From assembly GCA_038320275.1 (NCBI GenBank), contig JBBQEB010000114.1:1-12877 (forward strand): a stretch of DNA of 12,877 nucleotides. The letters run 5' to 3'. Below, one piece after another: positions 7,110-12,877 of this stretch. Below the pieces are notes generated by a model that searched no databases, was not told the DNA's origin, and saw only the letters and a list, made by a program, of their open reading frames with translations. Position 1 is the stretch's first letter, and the number at the start of each line of letters is the position of its first letter. Origin of the DNA: Myxococcales bacterium (GTDB lineage Bacteria; Myxococcota; Myxococcia; Myxococcales; Anaeromyxobacteraceae). A program made the translations under genes and the position numbers.

Positions 7110-7883
7110 ATGAGCGCCTCCTCCTTCCGTCCCCCCGGCGCGCGGGCGATCGCGGCGCTGCTCGCCGCCGCCTGCGCCCTTCCGGCGCTGGCCTACCTCC
7201 CGCCTGGGCCCGCCATCCTGAAGCGCGTCGCCCAGCGCCGCGCCGACCTGGGCGGTGGAGCGCTGGAGGTGCGCGGCACGGTGGTGTTCTCCGGCGAGGC
7301 TGCGCGCCGGGCCGCGGCCGCCACCGGCCTGCAGCTCGCCGGCGCGGACCTGACCTGTCCGGCGGTGATCACGGTGAAGGCGCCGGGCCGCTGCCGCCTC
7401 GAGCTCCTGCCCCCGGGGGCCGCGGCCTCGGAGCGCCCTTCTCTTTCCGTGAAGGCAGGCCGGCTGCTGGGCCACCGCGGCCTCGAGACGGTACCGGCGG
7501 CGGAGGCGGCGGTCACCGGGCTCTGCGCGCTCCTCGGCGAGCGCGGCCTGGAGGCACTGTCGACCGGGCTCGCCGCCCGCGGCGTGTCCCTGAGCGAGGT
7601 CGCGCTGGGTCGGCTGGAAGGGCGTGTCGCCTGGGTCCTCGGCGGCAGGCCCACGGAGGCGAAGCCGCAGGCCTGGTTCGACAAGGCCGCGCTGCAGCCC
7701 ATCCGGCTGGTGGCGCCGGTGGCGGGCGCGCTCCTCGACGTGCGGCTGCTCGACTTCGGCTCCCCAGTGGGGGCCGACATCTTCCCGCGGGCGCTCGAGG
7801 TCTGGTCGGGTAAGGAGCGGCTGGTGCGCTTCACCACCGAGGCGCTCACCACCAACGCTCGCGCGCCGGACGCGCTGTTCTAA
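7110..7883 (+). CDS. Exported hypothetical protein (possibly LolA-like fold)
   Basis: 257-aa ORF filling the gap before priA. Signal peptide AIAALLAAACALPALA|Y. Segments VKAPGRCRLEL, AWVLGG, AWFDKAALQPIRL and FPRALEVW resemble LolA-like beta-sheet proteins (pattern recognition only). Confidence 0.7.
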   Translation: MSASSFRPPGARAIAALLAAACALPALAYLPPGPAILKRVAQRRADLGGGALEVRGTVVFSGEAARRAAAATGLQLAGADLTCPAVITVKAPGRCRLELLPPGAAASERPSLSVKAGRLLGHRGLETVPAAEAAVTGLCALLGERGLEALSTGLAARGVSLSEVALGRLEGRVAWVLGGRPTEAKPQAWFDKAALQPIRLVAPVAGALLDVRLLDFGSPVGADIFPRALEVWSGKERLVRFTTEALTTNARAPDALF

Positions 7884-7910
7884 ACCAGGAGCCGCCGGCA
7901 GCGCAGCCCC

Positions 7911-10121
7911 ATGCTCGTCGAGGTCGCCGTCGCCGCCGCCGTGCGCGGCACCTTCACCTACCGCGTCCCGCCCGCGCTCGAGCCCCGCGTGGACGCGGGG
8001 ACGCGGGTGGCCGTCCCGTTCGGGAGGAGCCGCCGCGCCACCGGCTACGTCCTCTCCTTCCCGGCGGCCGCACCGGAGGGGGTCGCTCTCCGAGACATCG
8101 CGGGCGTGCTCGACGCCTTTCCGGCCTTCACTCCGGAGCTGGTGGAGCTCCTGCGCTGGGCCGAGGAATACTACCTCTGCGCGCCCGGCGAGCTCTTCCG
8201 CGCCGCGCTCCCCCCTGGCCTCAACAGGCGCGCGGGCGCAGCCGCGCCCCGCCGGCGCGGAGTCCCTTACGCTGCTCCGGCGGAGGGCGCCGCCGAGGCC
8301 TTGCCCTCCCTGGCTCGCCGGGCCCGGTCCCAGCACGCGGTGCTCGAGTACCTCCTCGCACGAGGCCGCATCCCGGTGGAGGAGCTGCGGGCGGCCTTTC
8401 CCTCCGGTCGGGCGGCGCTGATCGCCCTGCGCGATCGCGGCCTGGCGCTGCTGGACGAGGAGACGCCGTTGCCCGCCGGCGCGCTGCTGGACGGCGCTGT
8501 GCAGGCCCCGCCCCTCACCGCCGAGCAGGACGAGGCGGTGGAGGCGGTGTGCGGCGCGCTCGGCGGGTACGCGCCCTTCCTCCTCCACGGTATCACCGGG
8601 TCGGGCAAGACGGAGGTGTACCTGCACGCCATCGCGCGGGCCCGGGCCGCCGGCAAGGGGGCGCTGGTGCTCGTCCCGGAGATCGCGCTCACCCCGCAGC
8701 TCGCCGGCCGCTTCCGCGCGCGCTTCGGGAGCGACGTCGCGCTCCTCCACAGCGGGCTCTCCGACCCGGAGCGCCATGCCGAGTGGCTGCGGCTGCGGAG
8801 TGGCGAGGCGCGCATCTGCGTGGGCGTGCGCAGCGCCATCTTCGCCCCGGTGCAGGACCTCGCCATCGTCGTCGTCGACGAGGAGCACGACGCCTCCTTC
8901 AAGCAGGAGGACGGCCCCGCCTATCAGGCGCGCGACCTCGCGGTGGTGCGGGCGAAGCAGGGCGCGGCGGTCTGCCTCCTGGGCTCGGCGACGCCGTCCC
9001 TGGAGTCGCTGGAGAACGCGCGCCGCGGGCGCTACCGGCTCCTCTCGCTCACCCGCCGCATCGACGATCGTCCGCTGCCCGAGGTCCAGGTAGTGGACCT
9101 CGCCCGGCATCGCCCCCGCGGCGAGCCGGCGGCCGGCCTGCTCTCCCCCCCGCTCACCGCAGCGCTGGAGGACACGCTCGCGGCGGGGCGCCAGTCGATC
9201 CTCTTCCTCAACCGGCGCGGGTTCCAGACGCTGGTGGTGTGCGAGGCCTGTGGCCGCGAGGAGCGCTGCGAGAGCTGCTCCGTCTCGCTCACCTACCACC
9301 GGCGCAAGGGCGTCCTCCTGTGCCATTACTGCGGCCGGCGGGAGCGGGTGACCCCGATCTGCCCGGCCTGCGGCGGCCCGCGGCGCGGGGTGGGCGTCGG
9401 AACGGAGCAGGTCGAGGCGGCGGTACGGGCGCTCCTGCCGAGCGCGCGCGTGGCGCGGCTCGACCGCGACGCGGTGGGCTCGGCGGACGACGTCGCTGCC
9501 ATCCTGGGCCGCTTCGCCCGGCGCGAGCTGGACGTCCTGGTGGGGACCCAGATGGTGACGAAGGGCCATGACTTTCCCGGCGTGACGCTGGTGGGGGTGG
9601 TCCTCGCCGACACCGCCCTCGCGCTGCCCGACTTCCGGGCGGGCGAGCGGACCTTCCAGCTCCTCACGCAGGTGGCGGGCCGCGCCGGGCGGGGCGACGA
9701 CCCCGGCCGCGTGCTGGTGCAGACCTGGAACCCGGGCTCGCCCGCCATCGCCTGCGCCGCCGGGCATGACTACGCCCGCTTCGTGGAGGGCGAGCTCGCC
9801 TCGCGTGAGGCCGCGGGATGGCCGCCCTACGCCCGGCTGCTGGCGGTGCGGGTGGAGGGCGGCGAGGTCCCGGCGCGCGCGTGCGCCGAGCTGCTCGCCG
9901 CTGCGGCGCGGCCGGCCCTCTCGGCGGGAGGGCTCACGCTCCTGGGCCCGGCCCCAGCGGCGCTGGAGAAGCTGCGGGACAGGTACCGCTGGCACCTCCT
10001 CTTCCGGGCGTCCACGGTGGAGCCCCTGCGCCGCGTCCACCGCCAGCTCGAGCCGGTGGCCAGGCGGCCGCCGCGAGGAGCCGAGGTGCGCTTCGACGTG
10101 GACCCGTACTCGATGATGTGA
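7911..10121 (+). CDS. priA: Primosomal protein N' (replication restart helicase PriA)
   Basis: N-terminal FTYRVP/RVAVPFG, Walker A GITGSGKTEVY, LVPEIALTPQ, VVVDEEHD, SATPSLES, four CxxC pairs (CEAC, CESC, CHYC, CPAC), GTQMVTKGHDFP, QVAGRAGR and terminal DVDP. Confidence 0.97.
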   Translation: MLVEVAVAAAVRGTFTYRVPPALEPRVDAGTRVAVPFGRSRRATGYVLSFPAAAPEGVALRDIAGVLDAFPAFTPELVELLRWAEEYYLCAPGELFRAALPPGLNRRAGAAAPRRRGVPYAAPAEGAAEALPSLARRARSQHAVLEYLLARGRIPVEELRAAFPSGRAALIALRDRGLALLDEETPLPAGALLDGAVQAPPLTAEQDEAVEAVCGALGGYAPFLLHGITGSGKTEVYLHAIARARAAGKGALVLVPEIALTPQLAGRFRARFGSDVALLHSGLSDPERHAEWLRLRSGEARICVGVRSAIFAPVQDLAIVVVDEEHDASFKQEDGPAYQARDLAVVRAKQGAAVCLLGSATPSLESLENARRGRYRLLSLTRRIDDRPLPEVQVVDLARHRPRGEPAAGLLSPPLTAALEDTLAAGRQSILFLNRRGFQTLVVCEACGREERCESCSVSLTYHRRKGVLLCHYCGRRERVTPICPACGGPRRGVGVGTEQVEAAVRALLPSARVARLDRDAVGSADDVAAILGRFARRELDVLVGTQMVTKGHDFPGVTLVGVVLADTALALPDFRAGERTFQLLTQVAGRAGRGDDPGRVLVQTWNPGSPAIACAAGHDYARFVEGELASREAAGWPPYARLLAVRVEGGEVPARACAELLAAAARPALSAGGLTLLGPAPAALEKLRDRYRWHLLFRASTVEPLRRVHRQLEPVARRPPRGAEVRFDVDPYSMM

Positions 10122-10148
10122 ATCGAGCGGACGGTCGTGGCCTGGCCC

Positions 10149-10178
10149 TTGGCGCGCTCGCCGCCCCGCCTTTAAGCT
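10149..10178 (+). promoter_or_regulatory. Putative promoter TTGGCG-N18-TAAGCT for def
   Basis: -35-like at 10149-10154 and -10-like at 10173-10178, in the only AT-rich patch of the intergenic gap, 9 nt before ATG 10188. Confidence 0.45.
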
Positions 10179-10187
10179 CACAGGGTC

Positions 10188-10736
10188 ATGATCCGCGAAA
10201 TCGTCATCTGGCCAGACCCCGTCCTCAAGAAGATCGCGAAGCCGATCGATCGCGTGGACGAGACCATCCGCAAGCTCCTCGACGACATGGCCGAGACCAT
10301 GTACGCCGCGGACGGCGTGGGGCTGGCGGCGCCGCAGGTCGCGGAGCTCGTGCGCTGCATCGTCATCGACACCTCGCCGCGGCAGGAGGGGCAGACGCTC
10401 ATCCACCTGGTGAACCCGCGCATCGTGAAGACCGAGGGCGTCACCACCTACAACGAGGGCTGCCTCTCCATCCCGGGCGAGGCCGAGGAGGTGGAGCGCG
10501 CGGCCAAGGTCTGGGTGCGCGCCCAGGACCGCTCCGGCACCGAGCGCGAGCTGGAGTGCGAGGGGCTCCTCGCCATCGCGGTGCAGCACGAGTATGACCA
10601 CCTCGATGGCACGCTCTTCGTCGACCACCTCTCCAGCCTGAAGCGCGAGCTCATCCGCCGCCGCATGAAGAAGCTGAAGGCCGATCGCGCCGCCGAGGGG
10701 ATCCGCGGCGCTGCGCATCACGAAGAGGCGCTGTAG
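10188..10736 (+). CDS. def: Peptide deformylase
   Basis: All three PDF motifs are present: GVGLAAPQ, EGCLS and QHEYDHLDG. Confidence 0.97.
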   Translation: MIREIVIWPDPVLKKIAKPIDRVDETIRKLLDDMAETMYAADGVGLAAPQVAELVRCIVIDTSPRQEGQTLIHLVNPRIVKTEGVTTYNEGCLSIPGEAEEVERAAKVWVRAQDRSGTERELECEGLLAIAVQHEYDHLDGTLFVDHLSSLKRELIRRRMKKLKADRAAEGIRGAAHHEEAL

Positions 10737-10747
10737 AGGCGATCCGG

Positions 10748-11446
10748 TCAGGTGGGTGGCGCGGCGCCTCCCTTTTGCCTCGCCACACCCCGCTTCGGGC
10801 AGAGGTCCTCCAGCACGCAGCGCGAGCACGCGGGAGCCCTGGCGAAGCAGGTCCGGCGCCCGTGCCACACGAAGAGCTGGTGTCCCGCCCCCCAGCGCTC
10901 GCGCGGGACGAGCGCGCGAAGTCGCTCCTCCACGCGATCGGGCGCAAGCTCCCGGGTGAAGCCGAGCCTGCGGGCCACGCGCCCCACGTGCGTGTCGACC
11001 GGGAAGGCCTCCTCCGCGCCCAGCTGGATCAGCACCACCCCCGCCGTCTTCTGCCCCACCCCCGGCAGCGACTCCAGGGCCGCCCGCTCGCGCGGCACGC
11101 TACCCCCGTGATCGCGGGCGACCGCGCGCATGGCGAGGACGATGTTGCGGGCCTTGGCGCGGAACAGCCCGCACGATTTCACGTACGGCCAGAGCTCCTC
11201 CGGCTCCGCCGCTGCGTAGGCCTCCGCCGAGGGAAAGCGCCCGAAGAGCGCCGGCGTGACGAGGTTCACGCGCGCGTCGGTACACTGCGCGGAGAGGATG
11301 ACCGCGACGAGGAGCTCGACGTCGCGCTCGAAGTGGAGGGCGATGCGCGCCTCGGGGAGCGCCCGCTCCAGCCTGTCGAGCGCCTCGCCGGCTCGCGCCC
11401 GCTCGCCGGCCGTGGGCGCCCTCGCCTTGCGTGCCCTCCGTGCCAC
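10748..11446 (-). CDS. nth: Endonuclease III (HhH-GPD DNA glycosylase/AP lyase)
   Basis: [17 protein letters not shown], Hh[10 protein letters not shown] with the catalytic Lys, VDTHV, and a [4Fe-4S] motif C-x6-C-x2-C-x5-C ([17 protein letters not shown]). Confidence 0.95.
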   Translation of the reverse strand: MARRARKARAPTAGERARAGEALDRLERALPEARIALHFERDVELLVAVILSAQCTDARVNLVTPALFGRFPSAEAYAAAEPEELWPYVKSCGLFRAKARNIVLAMRAVARDHGGSVPRERAALESLPGVGQKTAGVVLIQLGAEEAFPVDTHVGRVARRLGFTRELAPDRVEERLRALVPRERWGAGHQLFVWHGRRTCFARAPACSRCVLEDLCPKRGVARQKGGAAPPT

Positions 11447-11455
11447 CGTGCCCCG

Positions 11456-11465
11456 ATGCTACCAT
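11456..11465. promoter_or_regulatory. Overlapping divergent extended -10 elements (bidirectional promoter for nth and ltaE)
   Basis: ATGCTACCAT reads TGcTACCAT on + (7 nt before the ltaE ATG) and TGgTAGCAT on - (9 nt before the nth GTG), within a 26-bp intergenic gap. Confidence 0.55.
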
Positions 11466-11472
11466 CCGCGGG

Positions 11473-12501
11473 ATGAAGGTCATCGATCTGCGATCCGACA
11501 CCGTCACGCGCCCCACGCCGGCGATGCGCGAGGCGATGGCCCGGGCCGAGGTGGGCGACGATGTCTACGGCGAGGACCCCACCGTGCGCCGCCTCGAGGA
11601 GCGCTCCGCGGCGCTGCTCGGGAAGGAGGCCGCGCTCTTCGTCCCGAGCGGCACCATGGCGAACCAGCTCGCGCTCGCCGTGCTCGCGCGCGCCGGCGAC
11701 GAGGTGATCTGCGAGGTGGGCGCGCACCTCTACGCCTTCGAGGGCGGCGGCATGGCGGCGCTCTGGGGCGTGCAGGCGAGGCCGTTGACGGGCGAGCGCG
11801 GCATCCTCGATCCAGCCGCGGTGGAGGCTGCCATCCGCCCCGACGACGCGCACTTCGCCCGCACGCGCGCGGTCGCGATCGAGAATACGCACAACCGCGG
11901 CGGAGGGATCGCGTGGCCGCTCGCGGCGGTGCGGGCGGTCGCGGAGGTCGCCTCCCGCCGGGGTCTCCACCTCTACATGGACGGCGCGCGCCTCATGAAC
12001 GCCGTGGTCGCCCTGGGCGTCAGCGCCGCCGAGGTGGCCGCCCCGGCCACGCTCGCCTCCCTCTGCTTCTCCAAGGGGCTGGGCGCTCCGGTCGGCTCGG
12101 CGCTGGCGGGGCCGCGGGAGCTCATCTCCGAGGCCCGGCGGGTCCGCAAGCGCCTGGGCGGCGGCATGCGCCAGGCCGGCATCCTCGCCGCGGCGGCCCT
12201 CCACGCGCTCGACCATCACGTCGAGCGGCTCGCCGAGGACCACCGAAACGCGAGCCGGCTGGGGGAGCTCCTCGCAGGGCTCCCCGGCGGACGCCTCCAC
12301 TTCCCCGTCGAGACGAACCTCGTCTTCGTGCGCTTCGAAGGACGCGCCGCCCCCGAGCTCGCCCTCAGGCTGCGCGAGCTGGGGGTCCTCTGCAGCGCGG
12401 AGGGCTCACGTCCGGATCTCCTCCGGCTCGTCACCCACCTCGACGTCTCGGCGGATGACGTCGAGGACGCCGCGCGCCGCTTCGCGCGGGCCCTGGCGTG
12501 A
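11473..12501 (+). CDS. ltaE: Low-specificity L-threonine aldolase (PLP-dependent)
   Basis: Start [39 protein letters not shown]-lysine motif [20 protein letters not shown] and RLVTHLDV. Confidence 0.93.
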   Translation: MKVIDLRSDTVTRPTPAMREAMARAEVGDDVYGEDPTVRRLEERSAALLGKEAALFVPSGTMANQLALAVLARAGDEVICEVGAHLYAFEGGGMAALWGVQARPLTGERGILDPAAVEAAIRPDDAHFARTRAVAIENTHNRGGGIAWPLAAVRAVAEVASRRGLHLYMDGARLMNAVVALGVSAAEVAAPATLASLCFSKGLGAPVGSALAGPRELISEARRVRKRLGGGMRQAGILAAAALHALDHHVERLAEDHRNASRLGELLAGLPGGRLHFPVETNLVFVRFEGRAAPELALRLRELGVLCSAEGSRPDLLRLVTHLDVSADDVEDAARRFARALA

Positions 12502-12515
12502 CCGTGGAGGGGCCC

Positions 12516-12877
12516 GTGCTCCTGCTCCTCCTCCTCTCGGCGCTCTCCGCGACGGTGGAGGTGCCCGCCGGCGCGCCGCTCGCGCCGGCAGTCGCGCGGC
12601 TCGGGGCGGGTGACGTGCTGCGGCTCGGGCCGGGCGTCCACCGCGGCTCGCTGGGCGCCCTCGCGCGCGGCGCCGTCGAGGGAGCCGGCATGGGCGTGAC
12701 GGTGATCGAAGCCGCGGAGGGGGAGCCCGCGGTGATCGTGGCGGCCTCGGCCGGCGAGGTGCATCTGCGCGGGCTCACCTTGCGCGCCGGCGCGCCCCGC
12801 TGCGCCCTCGCCGTCGAGAGCGGGACGGCCATCCTCGACGACGTGGCGCTGTCGGGCGCGGCCTGCGCAGCCTCGGT
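12516..12877 (+). CDS. Secreted right-handed parallel beta-helix (pectin-lyase-like) protein, N-terminal part (runs off the window)
   Basis: Open frame from GTG 12498 or 12516; SD GGAGG at 12506-12510 favours 12516. Translation MLLLLLLSALSATVEVPAG..GDVLRLGPGVHRG..VEGAG..TVIE..LRGLTL matches a typical beta-helix N-cap. It is not in the ORF track because there is no stop in the window. Confidence 0.65.
   Translation, partial: MLLLLLLSALSATVEVPAGAPLAPAVARLGAGDVLRLGPGVHRGSLGALARGAVEGAGMGVTVIEAAEGEPAVIVAASAGEVHLRGLTLRAGAPRCALAVESGTAILDDVALSGAACAAS

Noticed and set aside
7881..7913. Stop-codon readthrough fusing the 7110 protein to PriA (same frame); AGGAG at 7887-7891
   Set aside because: Same frame has a one-in-three chance, TAA is a strong stop, and an exported protein fused to a cytoplasmic helicase is implausible. 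The AGGAG is 19 nt from the ATG, too far for a normal SD.
6891..10868. 1617-aa minus-strand ORF as a giant protein
   Set aside because: It is the antisense shadow of priA, def and the 7110 gene in high-GC DNA with few stops; only the last 291 codons (6015-6890) look like a real protein.
1..12877. CRISPR array, tRNA/rRNA, transposase, prophage or defence genes
   Set aside because: No regularly spaced direct repeats, RNA gene signatures, compositional shift or such protein motifs were seen; nearly all sequence is explained by the listed CDSs.

Overview
Very GC-rich bacterial DNA; gene style and content suggest Myxococcota (Anaeromyxobacter-like), which is an inference. Bases 1-5967 (+) are a tightly packed, mostly overlapping uptake operon, most likely for cobalamin/corrinoids: 3' end of a TonB-dependent receptor, a Cys-rich beta-propeller lipoprotein, a BtuF-like binding protein, a BtuC-like permease, an amidohydrolase-fold protein and a BtuD-like ATPase. 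The most unusual element is the amidohydrolase-fold gene between permease and ATPase: it has an export-like N-terminus and appears to have lost most metal-binding residues (candidate pseudo-enzyme). The rest holds a convergent PorV/FadL-like outer-membrane barrel gene, a hairpin-rich intergenic region, an exported hypothetical protein, priA, def, nth, ltaE and the start of a beta-helix protein. Several genes have sigma70-like -10 elements 6-9 nt before the start codon (leaderless or near-leaderless), including an overlapping bidirectional extended -10 pair between nth and ltaE. No CRISPR array, tRNA, rRNA or transposase was seen.
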